Origin: Lama guanicoe | Taxonomy: Eukaryota | DNA length: 64,000 nt | NCBI GenBank assembly: GCA_013239625.1 | Contig: MU053304.1 | Location: 1,550,001-1,614,000, forward strand | Reading direction: 5' to 3' | In this document: piece after piece, positions 11,260 to 24,648 of the stretch | How positions within the stretch are numbered: position 1 is the stretch's first letter | How the letters are laid out: every line of letters begins with the position of its first letter | Notes under the pieces: generated by a model | Databases searched by the model: none | What the model saw: only the letters and a program-made list of their open reading frames with translations | What the model was told of the DNA's origin: nothing | Translations under genes and position numbers: made by a program

Positions 11260-14249
11260 CTGCGGGGGGGAAAGTCAGAGGTGGGTTACATCACACATGG
11301 GTTCAGGAGAAGTCGTTTGCCCGCTCACAGAATCACCACCCAACTCCTGCTGCCTGTGAGACACTGGAGGAAACACCACGGGTGCATGAAGATATGCCAG
11401 ACACGGTTCCGAGCCCAGACACTTCCTCTTTGAGGAGAGGGGCACGTGCACAAATGTCTGAAGGACAAAGCAATATTCAATTAATGGACTAAACCAAGTC
11501 TCCATCTCATTTAAGATGTGGAAAGTGAGATAGTTATAAATAGTCCATATACAACTTTACATAGTTTATATATACATTATATGGTTGATTTCCAATTAGC
11601 CACCAAACAGAGGCTGATGGGGTTGGCCCAGAGCTGCGGCAGCTTCTCCAGCGGGAGCCTTGCTAACTCCTGCTCAGCCCTGAAGTCATCTCCTCCCGGC
11701 TTGCACCGCTGACAGCTTCATTCTCTGCAGGCCACTCATCAAAGTGAACCATCAGCCCTTGGAGACTGCCAACCAGCACATCTAAAATCTACCCACGCCT
11801 GGTGCCGGGGTCTGGTCCACAAGTTCTACTCGGAGTCCTCTGTGAGCCTGGCATCACATCGTGCCTCAGAGTGGCCTGCAAGATTCCGTCCACTCCCCGA
11901 GCCTGCCGGGCACACGGCAGACTGAGGATGACCTTCCCTGGGATGTTCTCCTGCAGTCCGGGGCTGTCACTGGGGGCCATGAGGTTGAGGACGGACAAGA
12001 CCCCTCTGGCCCAACATCTGCCCAGGACCTCTTTGCCTTCTCTCCAAGCTTCCGTTTACCCAAGATTTCCTCCTAGGACTTTTGCCATTGCCACCATCAT
12101 TTACGGCAACCACACTCATCAGTCTCCTGCTACTAAACACTCTTAATGTGGAGTTTCCTGACCCCTTCCTTCCATGCCACCAAATCCTTCCTGAAGTTAA
12201 GGCTTCCGTTATATTTATTTAGCATCTCTGACCTTAGCGATAGCCTTGATTTTTTTGGTAGGAACACACAAGACTAGAAACATGGAAAGGTGCTGGATAT
12301 TTGATGTTGCCTGGTGAGAACTCCAGCAACACAAAATGTGCTCAAAGAATGGTCCCACGTGGGCCTCAGTGATGGACGCTTCCTGGCTTCCTCCTTCTGG
12401 TGCCAATCGTGCACTCTGGGAAGTCAATCACCAACCAGATTTCCCTTTTCTTCGGTCTGTTCGGTGGTCGTCAGATGTGAAAATCCACAAGTGGAAAGAA
12501 CAGGCACGGTGGACGATTGATGGTCCTTAATGAGGAGCCCACAGTTTCTTTAATCCAGGGGGGCCAGAGCACGTGGAGTGGGGCCCCTCCTTTCTGCTCA
12601 GACCCTCCCAGACCTGCACCCCCTGGAGCAATGCCCACAGAGCCCTCTCTCACAAAGAAAGGCAAGAAGCAGGTGGGCCCCTTGAAGGTCAACAGTGGTG
12701 GGAAACAAGGTGGCCTCTGGGCAATGAGCAGTGCCGATCCTGTGTCTGTGAATAATAAGGACAACTGAGCTGACTGACACGATGAAAATTAGAGTGAATT
12801 AATCCTTTCACCATTTAACGTTGCTTTTAGTAGGAAAGTACGTTACCACTTAAGAGAAGCAGACAGGCTTGGTAAAATCCCTCCCATCCCAGAATACTGA
12901 ATTCAACTCTGCTCTATTTAGAAAGGTGTCAGGAGTTTTGAGGGCCTAAATGCTTAGAAACATGCACATATTGGTGAAGAGGGAAAAGGCATCAGAGCGG
13001 ATAAAACAGAGTCAAGAGCCAACGTGCTGAGATCCACACACTTGATTCTGCAGGAAAGGCCTTCCCTCACGGCTCAGTCATTCTTCCTTTCCTTTGAGTT
13101 CGTTTTAGTTTCGTGCACAGCCTTGAGACCTTAGCAGTTAAGCACAGCAAGTCAGAAGGGTGGTTGACACCAGCAGGGGCAGAGCAGCGAAAGCAGAGAC
13201 CAACGGGTTGAGAAACTAATGGTCAGGGGAAGAAACAGGAAAGAGAAAGGCAAACTAAAATCACTACAGTTTGGCCCATTTAGTGTAGAGATAAGGCGCC
13301 CCGCAGTTTTCAATAGCCACTTCACGCGTCCATTCATCCACCCATCCAAGCTGTATGGCACGCCTGTTGTACGGGACAGGCCCTTGGTTTCAGACCACAG
13401 AATACATTCTAGGTTGTTCAAGTGGAAGGGGATCCAGGAGAGGCAGCTCACAGAATATGTAGTAAAACCAGAGGGAAAGGTTCAGTGCTACACAGCCATG
13501 GACAACAGCAGCCAGGTTTTAAAAAAAATCAGAAGAAACTCAGGCTGTTCTAGGAGGATTCTCCCTGCTTCTGCTGCCCCACACTCAGCACCTCGGATGG
13601 GATGACACCTTGGACCGGACATGAGAACCCCGCCCCCCAACGCCTCCAGCGCTGTGCTTGCAGGAGAAGCATGGCAGCTGCCTCGCCTTGCTCACGTCTT
13701 CCTCCCAAGACTCTCGCACGGAGGTCTCCTGGACAGAGGCCAGGCTGCAGCCCAGCTGCAAAGACATCCAGGAAACGCAGTTGTTCTCCTCCTTGCCTTT
13801 ACAGCACAGAAGGGCAATTCCATGTAGTATGAGGGGGTTCAGGTGAGTGTGGAGCCAGCCAACCCACAGCACGCGCCTTGGTCTGACCTCTGGCCCCTCT
13901 CATCCACACAGACCCCGCTTCCCACACTCAACTTCCAGACGACAGCAGCAGCACAGCTTGCTCCCACCCGGCACAAAGCAAGTCCCTGCCACACGGGTGG
14001 AAATATGTTCATTCTCTGCCTTCACCTCCACCCTACTCCTGCCAAGTCCCTGCAGTCACTGCGAACCTCTAGGTGATGTCTGCTCCCTCAGTTAATCCCA
14101 GTTCATCTCCGTATCCTATGCACTAGAATTAGAAAGTTAACTGGTACCAACTTGCCCTGAATAAAATAGTAGAAGAAAAGGAAGGAGGAAATGTTGGTTA
14201 CATATAATTGTATATACAACTGGGTGAGGAAGAAAAGTTGGGGAGCTAC

Positions 14250-16405
14250 TCTAGTCCTGGGTTCTCCAGCTGGTCACAAGGCAACGGTTGTATTTGTCGT
14301 TTTTTATTCTACTCCCCATTCGGTCTTCCTTTTGTCCTCAGTCAGCACCTCAACTTGTCAAGATTCTGCACCTGCTGATGTGAGCCAAACTGTCTCCAAT
14401 TCCTGCCAGGTGTGAGCACTTCCTGATCCTGCAGATAGAAGACGCTTTCGTCTTCTTAAGTAAGATTTGCCATTGAACATGCCAGTATTAGAAGGCACTG
14501 GCAGGGATGGTCTGGGTTCCCAAATACTTCTCCGTAATTCCACTGTGAACCAGCAGCTCTATTTCTCCCTGATGAGCTAACATGGTAATGCTAATGCCTG
14601 TTTTGGGGTTTCTTTGGCCGGTTTGTCCAGTGGCATTAGGAGCCCCATGTAGCCTGAGAGCAATCTTAATTTCTTGTTCAACAGTCATTGTTGTTCCTTG
14701 GGTGAAAGCGTTTATTTATTTTTTAATGGTGGCACTGGAGATTGAACCCAGGAACTCGTGCATGCTAGGTACGCACTCTACCACTGAAAGCACTCGTTCT
14801 TTGACTACCAAGCTCTCTAACCTAGTAAAACCCAAAGTTGTGGTGGAGGAAGCAACATTTTTTCACCTCGGTGACAAGGTGTGATTGATCCCAAGAGCTA
14901 CTACTCCCACCTCCGTTCTTCGGTCGTAGCTACAGAAGCAGCAGGACCGCGTGCCGGTCAGGGACTGGGGGCATGTATCACGCCCTGTAACTGCACCCCA
15001 TCCTCACCAAGCGTGGCCTGCTGGCTGGTGGAAGAGCAGGCATCCCCAGTAACCCCTCCTGCTCTGAGGACCACTGTTTCTAGGAAGTGGAGAAAGCTAA
15101 GGGCAGGCAATTGTGTGCTCATTTCCTTATTTATTTACATCTATTGGTTTAATAAATAAATGTATTTATTTCAGCACAATAATCTGAAGCCATCTGGTAT
15201 GGGTTACGATGGTGGGAAAATAAGGCACTCAGTCAATCACACACGACGTGGCCGGAGGAGCATGGGTGCGAGGAGGGTGGCTCCGCACCCGGAAGAGGTG
15301 GCTCATCCAGGGAGGACACAGCGCTGCTCCCTCCACGGGGAGGAGGGTCCAGTGTGACTGACCCATCAACTCGTTACTGACTGAGCCCCTGGGACACGGC
15401 ACCGTCCTGGGGGTTCAGTATTGTCTCCCCCATGACAGTGGCCACAGGAAAAGAGGAGACTCACGTGGTTGAGCCCAGGTGCAACTTCCATTTTTGCCCC
15501 TGGGGCACCTGGTTTATGAACCCAGCTGGGAGATCAGCTGACTGACATCCGTAGAGCAGACCCATCTCATTACTGACGACCTCCTCAGCACCGAATGTTC
15601 TCTGGTCACATGAGACACGAATATCTGTTCCCTTTGGCGTGCTCTGAAAAGTCCATCCAAAATACCTCTTCCCCGAAACTCCTCACTCGTCTCCAAATCT
15701 TGTTCTTTTCAAGTCAAAACATTTGTCTCTGCCCTACAGAAATCCAAGAGCTGTTTCTCAGAAACAGAAGAGTTACCTGCGAAAGCATCATGCCTTTACT
15801 CTAGAAGCCTGGAGGCACAAGCTGTCACCTTCCCGCTGCAGCCTGCCCCGGGTTTCGGCAAGGATCCCACGGGCCATGGCCATATAGGCCACAGGCGCTT
15901 GGAGCAAATCTACCGGATCAGAAGGAGCAGTGATGTGGCTGCTTCCCCTACAACGTGGACCAGTGGCCGGGCCCCACGTAAAACTGGTAGCTTCCTGGGT
16001 GACTTGGTAAATGAATCAGAGATGCAAACTCCAATGTGCTGTATGTTCGCTTGAGAACTGAAAAGGTCCACAAGACCTGTGCTGCTTTCTCACGGCAGGA
16101 AGTGACAACCAGACAACAGAGCCTGGACAGTGTACTGAGATGGCAGGCCTCTCAGCTGCTGAGGAGTTCAACCCCTGCTCCCTGACACGGACGTATCTTA
16201 CAAGGCATCTAAGCGTCTGCTACTTCCTGTTCACCAGCATGGTGTCATCAGTGTGGACCAGCACGTGTAAGGTGATGGCATCCATAGCTCTGTAAGGGAA
16301 GTATGACCCACAGCTGGAGAACAGCTGATAACCCTAAGGCAAAATGATGAAGGTGTGTTGCTACCCCCATCAGGTGAAAGCAAATCTATTGTGGCATTCT
16401 TTCTG
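14250..16405 (-). mobile_element. Decayed class III endogenous retrovirus (ERV-L) internal region: RT, RNase H, integrase, dUTPase
   Basis: Collinear minus-strand remnants of ERV-L pol: LP*GY..SPA and H-TDDTML (YIDD motif, ~16350-16240), IYQVTQEATSFTWGP (~16000), SEKQLL (~15750), IFVSHV and LTECL (integrase, ~15620-15200), and HQGEIELLVHSG (dUTPase region, ~14560). dUTPase downstream of integrase is characteristic of ERV-L. Confidence 0.82.
14710..14784 (-). mobile_element. 5'-truncated Vic-1-like SINE inside the ERV-L relic
   Basis: ggagattgaacccaggaactcgtgcatgctagg; TSD tgaaagc at 14703-14709 and 14785-14791. Confidence 0.85.
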
Positions 16406-16409
16406 GAAA

Positions 16410-17950
16410 ATCCAGGAGGCTGTGAGGATGGTGTGGAACAGGGTGGTGGCAAGGGAGGAGGTGAGAGATGGTTAGATTGTAGATATATTTTGAAGGTCGA
16501 ATTCATAAGACTTGCTGATGAATTAGCTGAGAAGGGGAAAAGAGAAAAAGTAAGGGTGAGCTTTTTGGCTTGAGCAGTTGTGTGAGTGATGTTGATAAGA
16601 ATGGAAAAATAAGATAGAAGGCGAACTGGTGAATAGGTATGTGTTGGGGGACATGCAGAGATGTCTGGCTCTGACATGTTAAATTTGAGATGTCTAGACT
16701 ACGTCTAAGTGCTGAGCCTGCAATTAGACATAAAAGTTAGGTATTCAAGCAGGCAACTAGGGCTGGAAACATGTTTGAATATTATCTGCATGTAAGTAAT
16801 ATTTAAAGCTATCATCTCAGGGTGACTGTAAATAGAGAAAACAGCCCAGGGAAGAGCTCGAGGACATTCCAACATTAAGCAGTCAGGAAATAAAGTTTTC
16901 AGAAAGGGAGACTGAGAAGAACAAAGAAAATCTGGAGAGTAATCAGATGTGTCAAATGCTGCTGAAAAGTCAAGTAAGACAGGAATTAAAAACTGACTGG
17001 AGTACCCAATGTTCACAGCAGCCAAGTCACAGAAGCAGCCTAAATGTTCATTGACAGATGACTAGATAAAGAGGATGTGGTGTGTATATATACAATGGAA
17101 TATTACTCAGCCATAAAAAAGAATAATGCCATTTGCAGCAATATGGATAGACCTAGAGATTATCATATTAAGTATGTCAGACAGAAAAAGGCAAATGTCA
17201 TGATATCATTTATATGTAGAATCTAAAAAATAATAATGCAAGTGAACATATTTACAAACCAGAAATAGACACACAGACATAGAAAACAAACTTACGGTTA
17301 CCAAAGGGGAAAAGGGCAGTGGAGGAGGGATAAATTAGGAGTTTGGAATTAACATATACACACTACTATGTATAAAATAGATAAACAGGACCTACTATAC
17401 AGCACAGGGAATTATATTCAGTATCTTGTAATAACCTATAACAGAAAAGAATCTGAAAAATATATATATGTAATTTTTTTTAAAAAAACTGACCGGTGTA
17501 TGTTACAAGGCGATGTACGACAGCAGCCTGGACAACAATGGCAGTTGCTTAGTGCACGTGAATGCCTGGACAGAGTCCAAGAAGGAACAGGACAGGAAGT
17601 AGGAAGAGCAAGTGCAGAGAAAGCTTGAGGAATTTTGCTTTAAGAGCAGAATGGGGAGTGGGGTCGGGGAGCTTCTTAAAAATGTATGTTTATGTGCTGA
17701 TGGAAATGACCCACTAGAGGGGTAAAATTAATGACGCAGCATGAAAGGGGCATAACTGCCAAGCCCAGCTGTCGAATGGTGAGAGAAGGTGAAATCCACA
17801 AGGGGAGGTGTGGCCATGGATGAAAATGGGAAGGATTCATCACCTGCGACAGGAATGAGGCACTGACGGACCAGGTGAAGGGCCAAGGAGGCAGTTCTCT
17901 TACGACTGCTTCTAGCTTCTCAGTGAAGGAAGAAGCCACAATATCAATTA
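16410..17950 (+). mobile_element. L2 LINE fragments, split by an L1
   Basis: Typical L2 motifs (ggaggtgagagatggttagattgtagatatattttgaagg; gtgtcaaatgctgctgaaaagtcaagtaagac). Confidence 0.7.
17001..17483 (+). mobile_element. L1 3' portion (cetartiodactyl/camelid type)
   Basis: ORF2 end (caatggaatattactcagccataaaaaag) plus 3' UTR; approximate TSD aaaaactgac(t/c)gg at 16988-17000 and 17484-17496. Confidence 0.88.
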
Positions 17951-18269
17951 AGAGTGAGGAAGAAGGTGGAATGTTGGAGACTTTAGGAGAAAGAAGAGGG
18001 TGTGAAATAAAACATCTCGGCAGGTGAAAGAGAGTAAGAAACTCAGTTCCTTACAGGAAAGGTATTTTCTAAGTTGGGTTTTAAAGTCAGACACCTGTTC
18101 AAAAAATACAGACCCAAGAAACGCAGAAAAGAGGGGAAATGAAAGGATGGTCTCTTTTTTTCTAGTACTGAAGATGTTAAAGCAGGTGACTGTATTTGAG
18201 AAAAAATACAATTATAATACTACCTTCAGATACAGAAATCTTGATAGACGCACTGCTTTGTGCTGGCTC

Positions 18270-18630
18270 TCCCGCGTGTGGCGGACACCGTCCCTCTGTT
18301 CTCCCACACTGCCCTGTGCCATGCAGTTAAATGGGGCCGTATAATTAGTTCTGGCCCAAGGACTATGAGTAGAAACGCCGTATCAAAACACAGCGCATGA
18401 ACCTCAGCTGTCTCTTCCCTGCCACAGTGACTAAGGATGGCACAAGTTTCAGAAGGTGCCATTGCAAGACGGTGGGGTCTCCAATAGCCAGGGTCCCTGA
18501 GGGACTTCGTGGAGCAGAGCCTCCTATCAGCCCACAACGGGTACAAATCATGAATGAAAAAAAACAGCTACTATCGCCTTAAGCTACTGGGGCTTTAGTC
18601 ACAATCTGTAACTTAGTCGACCCTAATACA
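18270..18630 (+). mobile_element. MaLR LTR (old MLT1) fragment
   Basis: gggtccctgagggacttcgtggagcagagcc and terminal ccctaataca resemble MLT1. Confidence 0.55.
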
Positions 18631-19909
18631 GTTACTATGGAAAACTTTTGAATTTTTCTAGTACTTTTATATAACACATAATTGCAATTTATGGATGACT
18701 ACAAGCTTTGAATCCTTCACAAAGTAATGAGGAGGTCCTTCTTGTAGTGACACTCATTCAAAATGGAATCACCTTTAGGGAATCCCATCAGTTAAATGAT
18801 AAGCTGATACGGACTCAAACCATCTTCTGACTTTATCCTTTCTGTCAGTTTAAATTCCACGATTGCAAACTTGGCTCATTAGCAATGACTCATAGACAAA
18901 TACTTACAAGATATAAAAAAGAAATCTGAGTGATCAGGATTACACAGATAGGACAGCAGCGAGGATTAGGAAGACTCTGACAGGTCTTGAGGGGGTGAGG
19001 ACCTTTTCTCTCATGGACGCTTCCGTGTATCCAAAGGAAGAAAATATTTCCAAAGCCATGGCCTGTCATTCTGGTACCCGCCTGCTGTAGTTCCTGTCTA
19101 ACTGAGGGAAAAAACACATTCCCATCCTTAACTCCAGCTTGTAAAAGACAGAACCTTTTCCTTATGTTCTTCAGGGACCGAAGTAGACAAGTTAACTAGC
19201 AAACAAGGTGGATTTGGATCCTGGCCCTTCCCCTCCGTAATTACATAGTCCTGGGCATTCTACTTAGTGCTCTGAGCTGTCCCCACATCTGATCTTGCAT
19301 TTGATCACACAAGGAGCAGAACAGAGTGATTTAAGCACACCAGCTAGGGAGTAGGGCTGCCCCAGCACAACACCTGGCTCCACTGTTCACTCTCTGTGCA
19401 CTTTATCTGAGCCTCTGTTTCCTCCTCTATAAAATCAAGACAAGATAGTCTCTACGCATTCACCTCACAGTGCTGCCTGAGGGTTCCCCTGGATTATGTC
19501 CAGTCAGTGCTTAGCACATAGTAGGTACTAAATTCAATAAACGGTAGTTATGATTATATGGAAATGATACTAAAATTTTAGTGCCGTCAACATGAAGGGT
19601 AACACATGGAAAGCACATGGAAAATGTGTAATTAATGGGCAGAAAAGGGAGACAGAACAGCTTGCTACCTCACCCATTTCTGAGAAGAGCAGAGCCTCCT
19701 ATCAGCCCACAACACTGGAAAGAAAGGTCCCGTAGGCACTCAGCTACCGGGAGTCAGTTCAGTTGCCATGATTGAGAGTCTGGGGAGGCCTCCCCCACAC
19801 TGAGACCAGGATTGAGACCCCGTGTCCAGCATGTGACAGCTGTCTGGGATTACAACATATTCTAAATATAAACAATAAATGAAAACTCTTAGAAAATGTC
19901 TTAATATTA

Positions 19910-20330
19910 AAAAAAACAACCTATGGTTACCAAAGGGAAGGGAGGGATAAATTAGGGGGTGGGGATTAACAGACACACATTAGTATATGTAAAATAGATA
20001 AACAACAAGGACCTACTGTATACCACAGGGAACTATATTCAATTTCTTGTAATAACATGTAATGGAAAAGAATCTGAAAACGAAAAATATATATGTACGT
20101 ATATGTATAATTGATTCACTTTGCTGTACACCTGAAACTAACATTGTAAGTCAATTACATTTCAATAAAAAAATTTTAAAAATTGTGAACTACATTCAAT
20201 TATCTTGTAATAACCTATAATGGAAAAGAATCTGAAAAAGAATATATGTACATATAACTGAATCACCTTGCTGTACACCTGAAACTAATACAACATTGTA
20301 AATCAACTACACTTCAGCTAAAAAAAAAAC
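19910..20330 (+). mobile_element. Two tandem L1 3' ends
   Basis: Two successive copies of gaactayattcaat...gctgtacacctgaaacta...A tail (about 20030-20185 and 20187-20330). Confidence 0.85.
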
Positions 20331-20695
20331 AAGAGATCTTCTGAACTTCCTTTGAAAAATCTAAACTCTGTAACACTACTGTAGATAACTACCCCATTAC
20401 TATATAACAAAGAGTAGAGAAGAAAATTATAAGGTTTTGGAGGAAAGGAAGGAATTCTTAAGAGAGCTGAAATTTCCACCAGTGTAACTTCATTTGTGAC
20501 TCATCATATTTTATAATGAAAATATCTACCATTTGTTTTGCATTATAAGTTGGTCTAAAAAATACCCCCATCTAAGACTCCCAAACCCTGGGGCTCTTTT
20601 GCTTGGTAGATGCCAGGTTGCAAAATACAAGGTACTGTACCATCCTGACTACCGTTGTAGCTACTTTGAATCCAAAACACAGCTAATCATGGATT

Positions 20696-20714
20696 TAGCT
20701 CCCCCTGGCGGTGG
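20696..20714 (-). promoter_or_regulatory. Candidate CTCF-binding motif
   Basis: Minus strand CCACCGCCAGGGGGAGCTA closely matches the CTCF core CCASYAGRKGGCRS; motif match only. Confidence 0.5.
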
Positions 20715-21589
20715 TGCATGAACTTAACACACAAAAACGACGGTAAAAGTTGAAAGGCATCCTAGGGCTTATCTAGTTAAAACCTTTCTTTTTACAAATG
20801 GGTAAATCAAGGCTCAGAGGGGATGAGGGTGTGGCTGCCCAAGGCTCGTGGTGGGGAGTGGCTGAGTGCAGAACGAACCCAGCTCTCTGGCCTCGAGCTG
20901 ATTTAAACACCCACACTGCCTGTACCCAGTGCAGATGGAAAAGCACCCTCCCGCCTCCACCCCAAGGTTCCAGACCTTCAGAGTCTCGTAAGATATTTAA
21001 TCTGCACAATTTTACTATCAAATGGTCAAATTCTTGGCCTGGATGCTTAGAAACGGGTTGTGGTTAGAAAACACAGGTGCTGGGTCCACCGAGACCCACC
21101 AAATCTGACCCGCAGGGCATGGGCCCGGTCTCTCTTCCACCTGCTTCCCAGCGGCTTCGCCTACTTGGCCAGACTTGGGTACCACAGAACCAAGAATTGG
21201 GGAAAACGAGTAAAAACCTATTTCTCCACAGCCAAAATGTGGCAGAGAGATTTTCATCCTCAGTGGATCTCACGAGGGCCTGAGTCACGACCGAGAGGGA
21301 TGTGTTTGTTAGCTAATCATGATTGTCCCTTCCCCTGCATGGGCCTCAGCAGCCCCCAGGAAGGTCCCTCGTGGCAGCCTGACCTCAGTGAGTGCTCTGC
21401 AAGCCTGGGGCTGGCCCTTGTCATGACTTCCCAGTGCACGGGGACACTGGGTTCACCTCTCAGGGCGCTTGTCTTAGCCAAGCTCCCAGAGGATGCCTCT
21501 CTGTGTGCTTAGCTGAGAAATATACCATCCAGCCCACTTGACCTTAAGGCACTCATCCCTAGAGGCTCCGGAATCATGGAATCAGGAGA

Positions 21590-21730
21590 CGAGGAGGGCA
21601 TAGCTCAGTGGTAGGAACCATGCTTAGCAAGCGTGAGATCCTGGGCTCAACCCTAGTATCTCCATCAAAAAATAGGTAAACCTAATTGCCACTTCACCGC
21701 ACCTCCACTCCATCCCTCCTAAAAAAGAAA
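21590..21730 (+). mobile_element. Vic-1-like SINE
   Basis: ggagggcatagctcagtggtag...cctgggctcaaccc; flanking direct repeat catggaatcag. Confidence 0.85.
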
Positions 21731-22150
21731 CATGGAATCAGAGTGAGGGCAGGCAGCTGGATGGCCCTGATTGCTGGCGGCATTAGATTTTAGTGGAAAC
21801 TGGGCTGTGGGCTAGCACCACGGGGCCCCTGCCCCCTTCCACCCAGAGTCCCCACACCCTCTGTGTCTCCCATGTGTGCTTATGCCTCTAAGGCAGACCC
21901 ATCACTGCACCCAATCTGAGTCCAGTCTGGCCTTTGGGACCTTTCTGTCTTATAAAGGTGACCTTGCAGCTCTCACTTTTGGTTTTTGTGGGTTTATTTT
22001 TTTGTTTTTTGGGGGTTTTTTTTTGATAATGTGTTAAAATTATCATGTTTTAATACCACTATTTTATAAAAGAAGGGACATTTTAACTCTCCCCCAAATA
22101 CAAAGGGCTAACCACCAATGAAGAATGGTCATTTAAATGGAATCAGTTAA

Positions 22151-22267
22151 GAGGGGAGGATATAGCTCAAGTGGCAGAGTGCCTGCTTAGCACACATGAG
22201 GTCCTGCGTTCAATCCCCAGTACCTCTTCAATAAGTAAACTTAATTACCCTTCCCCAAAATAAAAAA
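22151..22267 (+). mobile_element. Vic-1-like SINE
   Basis: tatagctcaagtggcagagtgcctgcttagc...gttcaatccccagtacctc plus A-rich tail. Confidence 0.88.
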
Positions 22268-23269
22268 GATTTTTAAAAAAGGATTTAGAAATAGGAACTA
22301 AGTGTAATGTAGTATCTCAGGTTGGATCCTGGAACATCACAGGACATTAGTGGAAAATCTGATGAAATACAAATCAAGTCTGTGGTTAGTCACTAGAATT
22401 GTGCCAATATTAATTGTTTAGTTTTGATAAATGTCCAGGTTATGTAAGGTGTTAGCAATGGGGGAAGCTGGGTGGAGGGTACATGTAAATTCTCTGTACT
22501 ACATTTTACAACACTTTAATAAATCTAAAATTATTTATAAATAAAAAGTTAAAAATAATAATAACATGGAAGAAAAAGGAGACAAGTGACAGCCTGAGGT
22601 TCCTCGGGTTAGACCTTGGAACCAGGTGGCAGGTGGCACTGGCCTTGAAGAGAAGAGGAAACCTCCCTCCCTGAGATCACAGGAAAGGGTGGGACAGGGA
22701 CACAGATAATTTGCTAATATATCTGCACCCCCAAAGTTTGAAACAGAAGACTTTTCATTAATAAAATAACTTAATAAATTATGGGGCAAAATAGATAAAA
22801 GAAAGTTGTTTATAAATGAAGGGGAAATAGGTACATGGAACACATAAAATACAGATTAAAACCAGCAATGAATGGTTAACATTACATAGAAAGAAAAAAG
22901 CAGCAGCCTTGGACCATGTTCCATCTTCAAACGATTCTGCTCTGCAAGGATTCGGAGGGCTGAAATCAGCAACCTAGAAAAGCCTTACGTGAGAGCACTG
23001 GGTGAATTATGGAGGCTATTTTCAAGATTGCACCAAAATAATGGCAGGACATTGAGAGGGAAAGAAATAGGGGAGTGAAAGTGAGCAAAGCCTGAGGGAA
23101 GTCAGTTGTTCTGTGCAAGGAATAAATTCCACAAGACCCTGCAGCAACCACTATTTCCTATCGAATCCTTCCATTTATTCTCAGGAACAAACCCAGGCTC
23201 TGGCGGAAATTTTAATACATCCTCCTACTATATTTACTTACAATTCTCCTTCAGTGGTAATCACTTTGT

Positions 23270-23385
23270 AATATATAGAAATAGCGAATCACTATGCTGT
23301 GCACCGGGAACTAACATAGTGCTGTAGGTCAATGATGCTTCAATTAAAAAACAAAAAAACCAAACAGCAAATAAACAAAACAAAA
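23270..23385 (+). mobile_element. Short L1 3' tip with A-rich tail
   Basis: gaatcactatgctgtgcaccgggaactaacatagtgctgtaggtcaat...aaaaaacaaaaaaac. Confidence 0.75.
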
Positions 23386-24648
23386 GTTCTTCATTTAAAG
23401 TATGAATAACCAGCTTCTTAGCAGCAACAAGTACAAAATCTGAACTTTAATATACTTTTTAAATGCCAAAAAATAAACAGCACAATAATCGTTCATTCAT
23501 AATACTTGCTTCTAGCCCTCCATTTTTGGTGCGGGGGACAAGTATATATGTTTAAACTCAAAAGGGCTATATTAAGTAATACAGATTACATAACTTAAAA
23601 TTAATATATAAAAAGCAAGAAATTTTATTGTATTACTGTAAAAAGAATGTTGATTTTTTCAGATAATAAGATTATCACCTTGGGAAATATTGCATGTTCT
23701 CTTTTAAATGGATGTTGCCCTGGAACATCACAGCTTAATAGTGAGCTAGGATTCCTCCGCTGCAAGCAACAGACTACAACTCTGATCGACTTAAGCCAAA
23801 AAGTACTTAACAGAAGGATACTATGTGTGTATTTAGGAGATGACAGAATTGTCATTGCTCTAGAATCGAAGGAATAGCTAACGGAGGAGGAACCAAAGCC
23901 CCTTCCAGGACCCAGGGAGAGGAGCTATAATGGTTGCACCAAGGCCCTAACACTGGTTGAAACCAGCACCAACTGCATTTTCGTTCCTGGTCCTTCTGCT
24001 GAAGAGTTAAAGTAGGGAGAGAATCTATTTGGTGAGCTTGGAGCCTGGGGAAAGGCAGGGCACTACAATGAATAGTGCCTCAGAACCAGCCATGGTTCTC
24101 ATAGGTAATTCAGAAAAGGGTTCTTATTGGAAGAAATGGAAATGGATGGGGAGTAATCACTACCAGCCTTTTTCTCTTATGCCATTATGCCTCTGCCTGA
24201 GTTTTTGCCTTGACTTGGAATGCCCCTCTGACCTGGAATGCCCCAAGTTAGCCAGACCATCTGAACAAACTCCTATTTTCCCCTCAAAACCCAGATAAAG
24301 TAACCCACTTCCGTGAAGCCAGGCAGAGGAAATCACCTTACACTTCATACCTTGCTCACACTTCCCTTGTTGAATTGCTCACACTATATTTAATCATTTG
24401 TATCTGTATGGATCTCTCCTGTTAGACAGTAAGTTCCTTAAGGGCAAGAATAGTATCTTTTCAACTCTGCTGCTTCTGTTCCTAGGACAGTATCTGTCAT
24501 AAAGTAAGTATTCAACAAAGCTTGCTGAAATAAATGCAAATAATAAACCACTGCTATATTTTACAAAAAGAAAACTTTAGATAAAATTAAACAACTTTGA
24601 GGAAGTAAAAGGACAATTCTAGAGAGACACAAAATAACTGACTGTTAC

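Noticed and set aside
10939..11433. 164-aa plus-strand ORF, the longest in the track
   Set aside because: It is the antisense shadow of GC-rich FBXO36 exon 4, with no recognisable product.
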